DNA of 64,000 bases from an uncultured Gammaproteobacteria bacterium (lineage in GTDB: Bacteria; Pseudomonadota; Gammaproteobacteria; UBA9214), in assembly GCA_963763115.1 (NCBI GenBank), contig CAVXNM010000027.1, forward strand, positions 70,703 through 134,702. The letters run 5' to 3'. A model generated the notes under the pieces. The model was not told where the DNA came from. It ran no database searches and saw only the letters and a list, made by a program, of their open reading frames with translations. A program made the position numbers and the translations under genes. Of this stretch, positions 37,059 through 46,128 are shown piece after piece; the stretch's first letter is position 1; each line of letters starts with the position of its first letter.

Positions 37059-37448
37059 GTGACACCTGAAACAGTCAGCAGCGTTCGTGCCGACAAGTGG
37101 CTCTGCGCGGCGCGCTTCTACAAAACCCGTACGCTGGCGATGCAGGCGATCAACGGCGGCAAGGTGCATGTCAACGGCGAGCGCGTCAAGCCCGCGCGCC
37201 GGCTCGTCACGGGCGACCGGCTGACCGTGCAGAAGGGGCCCTGTCGCTTTGTCATCACAGTCGAGCGGCTGTCGTTGCAGCGCGGTCCTGCGGAACAGGC
37301 GCGTGAGCTCTACAGTGAATCTGAACAGAGCAGGCTGGAGCGTCAAACCTTGGCTATGGAGCGTCGACTGCAGGGTCATGTACCGGGCCGGCATGAACGA
37401 CGACCGGACAAGCACGCGCGGCGGCAGCTGCGCGAGCTGAAACGATGA
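37059..37448 (+). CDS. hslR: Ribosome-associated heat shock protein Hsp15 (S4 RNA-binding domain)
   Basis: 'VRADKWLCAARFYKTRTLAMQAINGGKVHVNGERVKP' and C-terminal 'RRPDKHARRQLRELKR'. I favour GTG 37059 because the track start TTG 37044 lies inside the MITE end. Confidence 0.85.
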   Translation: MTPETVSSVRADKWLCAARFYKTRTLAMQAINGGKVHVNGERVKPARRLVTGDRLTVQKGPCRFVITVERLSLQRGPAEQARELYSESEQSRLERQTLAMERRLQGHVPGRHERRPDKHARRQLRELKR

Positions 37449-37891
37449 GCGCCGATATGAGCACACCGAAGACGCCGTTGCTGACCGTAGACATCATTAT
37501 CGAAATGGTCGACCGGCCCGCGCGTCCCATCGTCCTGATCGAGCGGCGTTACCCGCCGCATGGATGGGCCTTGCCCGGCGGCTTCGTCGATGTGGGTGAG
37601 ACGCTGGAGACGGCGGCGCGGCGTGAAGCGCGCGAGGAAACCGCCCTGGAAGTGGAACTGAGGCTGTTGCTCGGTTGTTATTCCGATCCCGCTCGCGATG
37701 CTCGCGGTCATTCCGCGAGCGCCGTCTATATCGCGGAGGCCCAGGGAGAACCACGGGCGGGTGACGATGCCGGCCACCTCGCACTGTTCGACCCTGCAGA
37801 CTGTCCGCCATTGGCCTTCGATCACGCGCGGATCATCGCGGATTATCGCACCTGGCTTGAAACCGGCCGCGTGGTGCCGCTGCGCGGCTAG
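37445..37891 (+). CDS. NUDIX hydrolase
   Basis: Nudix box 'GGFVDVGETLETAARREAREETAL'. ATGA overlap with the hslR stop. Confidence 0.88.
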   Translation: MSADMSTPKTPLLTVDIIIEMVDRPARPIVLIERRYPPHGWALPGGFVDVGETLETAARREAREETALEVELRLLLGCYSDPARDARGHSASAVYIAEAQGEPRAGDDAGHLALFDPADCPPLAFDHARIIADYRTWLETGRVVPLRG

Positions 37892-38054
37892 CGTGTGTAT
37901 CTGTCTGGTGCCGGATTCCGGCCATGATTTTCACGAGCAAAGCCAGTAAGATCCTTCCAGTGATATCACAACGGATTTTTTATTATCCTTGTCATTATTG
38001 AGAAATTCAGTATTCATGGCGCATCCTGATTCACACTGCAGCCATGCCGGTGTA

Positions 38055-38080
38055 GCCACGTGTCGGGAGCGACACGTGGC
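38055..38080. promoter_or_regulatory. Perfect 11 bp inverted repeat containing CACGTG, upstream of the MoxR-type ATPase gene
   Basis: 'gccacgtgtcg ggag cgacacgtggc' lies 78 nt upstream of ATG 38158 with no T-run after it. It could be an operator or an RNA hairpin. Confidence 0.3.
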
Positions 38081-38157
38081 CACTGATCACAGATGAAAAT
38101 TTCATACGGTGTCATGAATTTCGTAATCCCTGTAAATTAAGAATAGGACGAGCAAGC

Positions 38158-39204
38158 ATGCGACCCGCGCAGTTGCTGACAGTACTTGAGAGAGAGTTCC
38201 GGAGTACCCAGGAAGGACATCACACGCCCGTGATGCTGTGGGGGCCGCCGGGTGTGGGCAAATCACAGATGGTTGCCCAGATCGGAGAGCATCACGGCAT
38301 GCCGGTGATCGACATCCGCCTCTCACAGATGGAGCCGAGCGACCTGCGCGGCATTCCGTTTCGCGTCGGCGCGCAGGTGGAATGGGCCGTGCCCGCCATG
38401 CTCCCGGACGCCGAACGTCACGGGGAGCAGGGCATACTGTTTCTGGATGAAATCACTTCCGTACCACCCAGTGTCTCGGCTGCGGCTTATCAGCTGATTC
38501 TCGACCGCCGCCTGGGTGCCTATGTGGTTCCGGATGGTTGGGCCATTTTCGCTGCGGGAAACCGCCAGGGAGACCGGGGCGTGACCTACACTATGCCCGC
38601 GCCGCTCGCCAACCGTTTTTCCCACTATGAAGTCGATATCAACCTGGACGACTGGGTGGCCTGGGCCTATGCCAACAACATCGATGAACGCCTGATCGCC
38701 TTCCTGCGTTTCCGGCCCGAATTGCTGTTCGAATTCGACCCCGCGCACAACCCGGTGGCCTTCCCCTCGCCGCGCTCCTGGGAATTCAGCCACCGCGCCC
38801 TGCAGAAGTTCGGCGATCTCCCGAATCTGCTGACCGGCACGCTGCAGGCTTGCGTGGGGCCGGCGGCCGGGGTCGAACTCTCCGCCTTCGTCGAGAACCT
38901 CGACAAGCTGCCGGACATCGACGCCATCGTGCGCGGTGACGTGGTCAAGGTGCCGCGGGAGACCGATCTTCAGTATGCCATCGCGGCGGCCCTGGTGGGG
39001 CGCGCCATCCGCGCAAAGCAAGAAAGCGATGCGCAGTCAATATTCGGCAATATCATCGAATTCGCGGGCAGCTTCCCGCAACGCGAAATGGGTGTGATGC
39101 TGGTCTCCGACATGTACCGTGCGATCGGTCAGGACATCTTCCGCGTGCCGCAGTTCGCGCGCTGGGCGAACATCGTCGCAGATGTCATGCTCTACGACGT
39201 GTAG
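38158..39204 (+). CDS. MoxR-like AAA+ ATPase (AAA_5 type)
   Basis: Walker A GPPGVGKSQ, Walker B 'GILFLDEITS', 'FAAGNRQGDRG', 'PLANRFSHYEV' (sensor / Arg finger region). 348 aa. Confidence 0.88.
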   Translation: MRPAQLLTVLEREFRSTQEGHHTPVMLWGPPGVGKSQMVAQIGEHHGMPVIDIRLSQMEPSDLRGIPFRVGAQVEWAVPAMLPDAERHGEQGILFLDEITSVPPSVSAAAYQLILDRRLGAYVVPDGWAIFAAGNRQGDRGVTYTMPAPLANRFSHYEVDINLDDWVAWAYANNIDERLIAFLRFRPELLFEFDPAHNPVAFPSPRSWEFSHRALQKFGDLPNLLTGTLQACVGPAAGVELSAFVENLDKLPDIDAIVRGDVVKVPRETDLQYAIAAALVGRAIRAKQESDAQSIFGNIIEFAGSFPQREMGVMLVSDMYRAIGQDIFRVPQFARWANIVADVMLYDV

Positions 39205-39227
39205 TGCGCCTTTGGTCCCTGATAGAT

Positions 39228-39468
39228 AGCCACGGAATCCACGGAAGTACACGGAAAGATTTTTTGTATTATTAAGACTTACATAAATAACTGACGGAAT
39301 ATCTACTGTCGTCGTTCTTTCCCGCGAAAGCGGGAATCCGGAATTTCTTGATTTCCGGGATTCCGGCTTGCACTGGCCATGCTCGTTTAGCCGGAATGAC
39401 GATGAATTAGTGTCAACCGTTTATTTATAGTCAATAATTTTTCCGTGTTCTTCCGTGGATTCCGCGGC
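39228..39468. mobile_element. Nested MITE: family B element (CCACGGAA-type inverted ends) carrying a family C palindrome
   Basis: 'agccacggaatccacggaagtacacggaaag' (39228-) is inverted at 'tttttccgtgttcttccgtggattccgcggc' (to 39468). The interior holds 'ttcccgcgaaagcgggaatcc' (39313-39341). A short family B copy lies at 57161-57232. Confidence 0.8.
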
Positions 39469-39567
39469 CGTTTGTGCTCTTGTGCGGACGCTAGCCTCGA
39501 CGCAAGGCATCATTCAGGCAGGGTGGGTTTTATCCTCAGGCAAGACGGGGAGCGATCGAGGCCAATC

Positions 39568-40794
39568 ATGACAGACGAACTGGAAACCAAGCTCAGCGCT
39601 GCGCGCACCCGCCTGATACTGGACCGGCCCTTCCTGGGCGCGTTGGTGCTGCGCATGCCCATGAAGGCGGGCGATCCCCGGTGGTGCAAGACCATAGGGA
39701 CCGATGCGCGTGCCTTCTATTACAACCCCGGCTACATTGCCGGTCTGACGCTGGAACAGACCCAGTTCGCCCTGGCGCACGAGGCGCTGCATTGCGCACT
39801 GTCGCATTTTGCCCGACGCGAGCATCGCGTCAAGGCTCGCTGGGACAAGGCCTGCGACCTTGCCATCAACCCGATACTGATCAGGGAAGGCATGGCGGCG
39901 GTGCCGGGCGCGCTCTACGACGTCGGTTTCGAGGGGATGATGGCAGAGGAAATCTACCCCTATGTCAAGGAAGCGGACGAGGAAGAGCCGCACGATCAGC
40001 ATTTGTACAGCAACGAGAAGTCATCCCGGAACAAGCCCTCTGATCAGTCGAGCAGCACGGAGGGTGAACGGGGCCAGGCCCGGGAGGAGGATGCCGGGTC
40101 GGGAACAGGGCAGGGCACGGGTGAGGCAACCGACAGTGCGCCGCCGGAGCCGCTCGGCGAGATGGAAAAGGAGCAGCTCTCCGTGCAGTGGAGACAACGG
40201 CTGGCCGGCGCCGCACAGCAGGCCATGCAGGCCGGCAAGCTGGGCGGTAATCTGCGCCGTCTGGTGGATCACCTGCTGCAGCCGCAGTTGCCCTGGCGCA
40301 TGCTGCTGGCGCGTTACATGACCGCCGTCAGCCGGGATGACTACAGCTACATGCGGCCCTCGCGTCGAGAGGGCGAGGCGATCTTTCCCACGCTCAGAAG
40401 CGCACAGGCCGATATTGTGGTGGCGCTGGATACCAGCGGCTCGATCCGGGAAAGCGAGATGCGTGAATTCGTTACCGAGATCGATGCCATCAAGGGTCAG
40501 GTACGCGCGCGTATCGTATTGCAGGCCTGCGATGCACGGCTGTCCAGTGACGGCCCCTGGCGATTCGAGCCGTGGGAGTCCTTCGAGTTGCCGGATACCA
40601 TTCGTGGCGGTGGCGGCACCCGCTTCACACCGGTGTTCGACTGGATACGCCAGGAGGGGTGCAATCCGGATCTGCTGGTTTACTTTACCGATGCCCGGGG
40701 AGAATTCCCCAGGCAGGAGCCGTCCTTTCCGGTCATCTGGCTGGTCAAGGGACGCGCCGAAGTCCCCTGGGGACAGCGCATCCAGTTGAACTGA
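39568..40794 (+). CDS. Putative metallopeptidase (HExxH) + VWA-like domain protein (DUF2201-type), partner of the MoxR ATPase
   Basis: 'FALAHEALHCALSHF' (HExxH), an acidic low-complexity linker, and a VWA MIDAS motif 'VVALDTSGSI'. ATG 39568 with GAGG 6 nt upstream (the track ORF starts inside the MITE at 39445). Confidence 0.82.
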   Translation: MTDELETKLSAARTRLILDRPFLGALVLRMPMKAGDPRWCKTIGTDARAFYYNPGYIAGLTLEQTQFALAHEALHCALSHFARREHRVKARWDKACDLAINPILIREGMAAVPGALYDVGFEGMMAEEIYPYVKEADEEEPHDQHLYSNEKSSRNKPSDQSSSTEGERGQAREEDAGSGTGQGTGEATDSAPPEPLGEMEKEQLSVQWRQRLAGAAQQAMQAGKLGGNLRRLVDHLLQPQLPWRMLLARYMTAVSRDDYSYMRPSRREGEAIFPTLRSAQADIVVALDTSGSIRESEMREFVTEIDAIKGQVRARIVLQACDARLSSDGPWRFEPWESFELPDTIRGGGGTRFTPVFDWIRQEGCNPDLLVYFTDARGEFPRQEPSFPVIWLVKGRAEVPWGQRIQLN

Positions 40795-40830
40795 AAGGAT
40801 TCGCCGCAGAGATGCCGGGCCATGGGGTAA

Positions 40831-41613
<783 letters not shown>

Positions 41614-41635
41614 TTTTTTAAAAAGAAACTCTAAG

Positions 41636-41664
41636 AGGCTAGCACTGCTGGCCTTTTTTTATTT
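41636..41664 (+). terminator. Rho-independent terminator after adk
   Basis: 'aggctagc act gctggcct' (8 bp stem including one G-U pair) followed by T7. Confidence 0.8.
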
Positions 41665-42017
41665 CCATCACTGCAGAATCGGTGCTGACGTCTTGTTGAC
41701 CTTAGGTACAACTACCAACCGAGGCGAATTAACTGTTAAACTCTCCAAAACGTCAAATATGTGACATTATGGGGGTGATATATAACGGATTTTATTTTTT
41801 AATCGCCAGGATCGCGATGCTTGCCGACACGATGTCAAGCTCACACTGACTGTTGAGTGACTTAATACGAATAGCCTGTAATTAACTGAAATTTAATATT
41901 AATAACTGTTATTTTTGTTTTGGCGCCGGAGAGAACTCAGGTGGTCGCAAGCGCAACAAACAAGCCGGTGGGAATGGGGGCGACCTGCTGCAGGAACACG
42001 GACAGGCAGGAGCGCAT

Positions 42018-43667
42018 ATGGTTGCGGGTTTAAACAGACCAGAGGAAATCGATCCCTGCGGCATTCGCAAAATGCTGCGCCTGATCAATTCTCTGTGTGA
42101 CTCACCGGCGGGTAGTGTTATCTATCGCCAGCTCGAGTGCATGCTCGATGAAGTCGCCGCCAGTCATCTCAAGACGGAAATCGCCTATGCCGGTTTCGTC
42201 AATTCACTGCTGGAAGCGTTCATCTCGCACCTCACGCCGGGTTCCTCGCGTTATGTCCAGGTAAAACTGCTGCAGGCGCGGTTGCAACCGCCGTTAACCG
42301 CCACCGAGTTGAACACGCTCAGTGAGTTCGTTGCCCAGTGTGCTGATGACATTAGGAATGCGCGCGACGCCGGTTCCTCGACTTTGTACACGGCTATCAA
42401 CCCGCTGCTGCGCGCCTTCGGTATCGAAGAACTGGTATCGGCGGAGACTCCTGTGCCCGTGAGTAGGTGCGGCACCGCTGCAGCGTCGGAGCCCGTTCCT
42501 CGGACGCCGGTCGTCAAACCGGCAGCGCCGCCGGTAACGTTGACGGACGAGGAGGCGGACCTCTCACCCGAGGAGGAGGACGAAGCCGAGACGGACCTCT
42601 CGCCCGGGGAGGAAGATGAAGCCGTGACGGAACTCTCTCCCGGGGAGGAGGATGAAGCCGTGACGGAGCTCTCTCCCGGGGAGGAGGATGAAGCCGGGAC
42701 GTACCTCTTGCCCGAGGAGGCAGAGGAGGAAGCCGGTGCCGATGAGCTGTATGAAGCGGGTGATGATGCCGTTGCACCCAGGCTGCCCGGCATGGGCGAA
42801 GAGGAATATAACTGCGAACTCGACGCCCGGCGTGAGGATATCCGGCAACTGCAATCCAGTCTGGGACAGCAGGTCATGGAGACGATTTCCCAGAATGAGG
42901 AATTTGGCGTAATTCTCGAGGTGATTCTGGCCGAGTTGCGCCAGGCCGAAGAGGTCTCCGGTATCGAGAATGCGCGCTGGACGCTGATCCGCGAGGTCGA
43001 GAAGCTCATGAAGGGGCACAATGAGCTTGCCGACAAGCTCGACAGTACCCACCACTATCTGCAACTGGTCGAATCGGACAGCCGCGAGTTGACCGATGAA
43101 TTGAGCCGGGTGCGGATGCTCAGTCTGACCGATGAGTTGACTGGTCTCGCGAATCGCCGCGCTTTCATGCGGCGACTTGAGGATGAGGTGGCGCGGGTGC
43201 AGCGTTACGGGTTCCCCCTGTCTTTCGCGCTCATGGACCTCGACCATTTCAAGGGCGTCAACGACGAGTACGGTCATGCCGCCGGCGACGAGGTTCTGCG
43301 TGTCTATTCCAAGAATATCCTCTCGGTATTCCGCCACCACGACATGGTGGCCCGCTATGGCGGCGAGGAATTCGCCGTCCTGCTGCCGAATACCGATGCC
43401 GACGGCGCCATACGCGCGCTGAACAAGGTCAGGCGCCGCGCCGCGGAAACACGCTGGCAAAACAACGGCACCATTTCGCAGGTGCCGTCGTTTTCCGCCG
43501 GCGTATCACTGTTCAAGCCCGGCGAATCGGCCAGCGCGTTCATCGAACGCGCCGACAAGGCCCTCTACCGCGCCAAGCGCCTGGGGCGCGACCGTATCGA
43601 GCTGGATGTAACCTACGAAACCGAGGAAAGTCACCGCTCCCCGCGCCGGCGCAGCACCGATCTCTGA
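42018..43667 (+). CDS. Diguanylate cyclase (GGDEF) with a long N-terminal region containing an acidic tandem repeat and a coiled-coil-like segment
   Basis: Active site 'RYGGEEFAVLLP', I-site RHHD five residues upstream, 'LTGLANRRAF', 'DLDHFKGVNDEYGHAAGD'. The start could be 42018 or the ATG 18 codons downstream. Confidence 0.88.
   Translation: MVAGLNRPEEIDPCGIRKMLRLINSLCDSPAGSVIYRQLECMLDEVAASHLKTEIAYAGFVNSLLEAFISHLTPGSSRYVQVKLLQARLQPPLTATELNTLSEFVAQCADDIRNARDAGSSTLYTAINPLLRAFGIEELVSAETPVPVSRCGTAAASEPVPRTPVVKPAAPPVTLTDEEADLSPEEEDEAETDLSPGEEDEAVTELSPGEEDEAVTELSPGEEDEAGTYLLPEEAEEEAGADELYEAGDDAVAPRLPGMGEEEYNCELDARREDIRQLQSSLGQQVMETISQNEEFGVILEVILAELRQAEEVSGIENARWTLIREVEKLMKGHNELADKLDSTHHYLQLVESDSRELTDELSRVRMLSLTDELTGLANRRAFMRRLEDEVARVQRYGFPLSFALMDLDHFKGVNDEYGHAAGDEVLRVYSKNILSVFRHHDMVARYGGEEFAVLLPNTDADGAIRALNKVRRRAAETRWQNNGTISQVPSFSAGVSLFKPGESASAFIERADKALYRAKRLGRDRIELDVTYETEESHRSPRRRSTDL
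42558..42737 (+). repeat. In-frame 36 bp tandem repeat (5 units) inside the GGDEF gene
   Basis: Units encode DLSPEEEDEAET / DLSPGEEDEAVT / ELSPGEEDEAVT / ELSPGEEDEAGT / YLLPEEAEEEAG. Units 2-4 are nearly identical at the DNA level. Confidence 0.9.
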
Positions 43668-43742
43668 CGATACGGGTTCCGGCGGCATGCCCAGCCTGTA
43701 TAATCGGCTCCCATCTTTCATACAGCGCGGGACGGCGGTATC

Positions 43743-44108
43743 ATGGCAACGGTCGATCTAACCCTCGAGTCGTTCGAAGGGACAATCAATGGAAACGATA
43801 TCGTGCTGGTGGATTTCTGGGCGCCATGGTGCGGACCCTGTCGCCAGTTTGCACCCGTGTACGATTCCATGTCGGAGCGCTACCCCGATGTGGTATTCGC
43901 AAAGATTAACACCGAAGAACAGCGTGAGCTCTCCCACCATTTCCAGATTCGTTCCATTCCCACGCTGATGGTTTTCCGGGAACAGATTATCGTGTTTTCC
44001 CAGCCGGGAGCCCTGCCGCCGGCGGCGCTCGCCGACATCCTGGAGAAGGTGCGCGACCTCGATATGAACCAGGTTCGCAACGATATTAGGGAAGCAGGGA
44101 AGGGCTGA
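43743..44108 (+). CDS. Thioredoxin
   Basis: 'VLVDFWAPWCGPCRQFAPV' (WCGPC). 121 aa. Confidence 0.92.
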   Translation: MATVDLTLESFEGTINGNDIVLVDFWAPWCGPCRQFAPVYDSMSERYPDVVFAKINTEEQRELSHHFQIRSIPTLMVFREQIIVFSQPGALPPAALADILEKVRDLDMNQVRNDIREAGKG

Positions 44109-44114
44109 AAGGTC

Positions 44115-44849
44115 ATGACCGGGACATCACGATTCGGCGTGGTGGCTCCATTGCGCCATTACCTGCAAGTCAGGGTGACCGCCCTGTTGCTGGCCAGCTT
44201 CATGGGCGCGGTTCATGCGGACACCGACAGCCATTACAACCGGGTCCAGTTACAGGCGCAGCAGCTCGAGTCGGTCAGCAATGACACGATGCATGTCACC
44301 CTGAATACCTCCGGCGAAGCGCGCGACCCCGCCGGCCTGGCGGCCCGGATCAATGAAGACATGGAGTGGGCCCTTGGGATTGCCAAACGCCAGGCGGGTG
44401 TTACGGCCGGGACCGGCGGCTACCAGACCTACCCGGTATACAAGGACAATGTCCTCAAGGGATGGCGTGGTGAGCAGAGCCTGGAACTGGAGGGCAGGGA
44501 CAGCCGCGTCATGAGCCGTCTGGTGGGCGAATTGCAGGAAAAGCTGCAGGTGAAATCCATGTCGTTTTCCGTGTCGGACGAAAAACGCGCCGAGGTTGAG
44601 AACCGCCTGATCAGCCGGGCGCTGGATGCCTTCAAGGCGCGGGCGGCTATCGTTGTCGGCAATCTGCACGCGACCGGTTACCGCATCGTGGATATCACGA
44701 TCAGCACCTCTTCCCAACGACCGCCGGCACCCTATCCGGTCGCCAGGATGGCCGCAACGATGCAGGCCGAATCCCGTGTCGCCGTGGAAGCCGGCGAGAG
44801 CAATGTCAGTGTCATGGTCAGCGGCACCGTCGAGCTGTCGCTTCCCTGA
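44115..44849 (+). CDS. SIMPL/DUF541-domain periplasmic protein (YggE-like)
   Basis: Signal-like N-terminus and a SIMPL-like body 'VQLQAQQLESVSNDTMHVTLNTSGEARD...ALDAFKARAAIVV'. Confidence 0.7.
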   Translation: MTGTSRFGVVAPLRHYLQVRVTALLLASFMGAVHADTDSHYNRVQLQAQQLESVSNDTMHVTLNTSGEARDPAGLAARINEDMEWALGIAKRQAGVTAGTGGYQTYPVYKDNVLKGWRGEQSLELEGRDSRVMSRLVGELQEKLQVKSMSFSVSDEKRAEVENRLISRALDAFKARAAIVVGNLHATGYRIVDITISTSSQRPPAPYPVARMAATMQAESRVAVEAGESNVSVMVSGTVELSLP

Positions 44850-44852
44850 ACC

Positions 44853-46028
44853 CTACCGGTCATCAGTTACTTCTCCACTGGTGCAGGTACTCTCCACCAG
44901 ATCCGGTTCCCCGCACCAGGCACTGATTTCCCGCCTCGCAGCATCACGCACTCCCAAAGCATCCTGCCAGCTCTCACCAGACGGTGGGATGGGTGGACGG
45001 ATGATGACTTCGATTCGCGTGCGTCTGGGCAACCAGCTCTCGCTGCCCAGGGCGTTGCGCGCTCCGCGAATCGCAACCGGCACCACGGCCGCGCCGCTGT
45101 GCGCCGCCGCCACGAACGCGCCCATGCGGAAGGGCTGCAAGCCCGCGAAACTGATGAAGGTTCCTTCCGGGAAGAACACCAGTGAGTGACCGTTTTTTGC
45201 CTGTCTTGCCATGCGTCGCACCGACATGGCCCCGCGATGGGCATTGAAACGGTCAACGAATTCGACACCGAAGCGTTGCAGGATGAGGCGAACGGGCAAG
45301 ATCCGAGACAGTTCACCCTTGACGATGAAGCGGATCGGGATCTCCAGCGCGGCGATGAGCGTGAAGGCATCCAGGTAACTGGTGTGATTGGCCACCACGA
45401 TCATGGGCTTTGTGGTGTTCAGATGTTCCTGTCCGCTAACTGTAAACGGTGTGAACGTGCACTTGAACAGCAATCTGGCACAGATGCGCGCGATGCGCGT
45501 GCGCCAGCGTCGCACCGGTGTGAATACCATCAGCAACCAGACGGGCACGCTCAGGACGAGCACGACCAGCCAGGCGTAGATGCCATAAAGCCAGTCACTC
45601 AGGGTGCTTCGCAATCGTCTGCGGGCCGCGGTTTCAGGGTCGGGGTCTCCGTATCCACCCATCAGCAGCGTGCCGGCATTGCTCTGCAAGGGGGTCGTCG
45701 CCGCTTCCGCCCGGGCCGCGCCAACCAATTGTCCGCCGCTGTCCTGTGTGACGATTGCCTGCATCAGTTCATGGGGAGTGAAGGCGCAGACGGCGACTTT
45801 TTCATCCAGGCGGATGCTGAACACCCGTTCGATACGGTTGCGCAACTCCATGCGTGCAAGACTGTCCAGGCCAAGTTCACGATCCAGCAGGGTATGCGGT
45901 GTGAAGTGGATATGTTTCCACTTCGGATGAACCTCGCCCACCATGGAGCGGATAACGTCAATCAGTGCATTGATGTCCGGCAAGTGGCCAGGGTTAGAAG
46001 CGGGGAATATGTCGCGCTGTTCCTTCAT
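44853..46028 (-). CDS. Fusion protein: acyl-carrier (phosphopantetheine-binding) domain + TM segment + PlsC-type lysophospholipid acyltransferase
   Basis: PP-binding site 'LDRELGLDSLARMELRNRIE' (DSL Ser) and acyltransferase motifs 'VANHTSYLDAF' (HxxxxD) and 'VFFPEGTF'. Probable start is ATG 46028 (the track ORF starts at 46097). Confidence 0.8.
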   Translation of the reverse strand: MKEQRDIFPASNPGHLPDINALIDVIRSMVGEVHPKWKHIHFTPHTLLDRELGLDSLARMELRNRIERVFSIRLDEKVAVCAFTPHELMQAIVTQDSGGQLVGAARAEAATTPLQSNAGTLLMGGYGDPDPETAARRRLRSTLSDWLYGIYAWLVVLVLSVPVWLLMVFTPVRRWRTRIARICARLLFKCTFTPFTVSGQEHLNTTKPMIVVANHTSYLDAFTLIAALEIPIRFIVKGELSRILPVRLILQRFGVEFVDRFNAHRGAMSVRRMARQAKNGHSLVFFPEGTFISFAGLQPFRMGAFVAAAHSGAAVVPVAIRGARNALGSESWLPRRTRIEVIIRPPIPPSGESWQDALGVRDAARREISAWCGEPDLVESTCTSGEVTDDR

Positions 46029-46128
46029 GGTATCAACGCAGTATACCCGGTCATATGCCGCCGCGACATGGCCACCGGCCTGTATGAATGACCTCAATCC
46101 CCTGCGTTTATGCTAAGGTAAATGCACC

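Noticed and set aside
42558-42737. A possible CRISPR-like array, since the repeats are regular 36 bp units
   Set aside because: The units are directly adjacent with no spacers, lie in-frame inside a well-supported GGDEF gene, and encode a coherent acidic peptide repeat.
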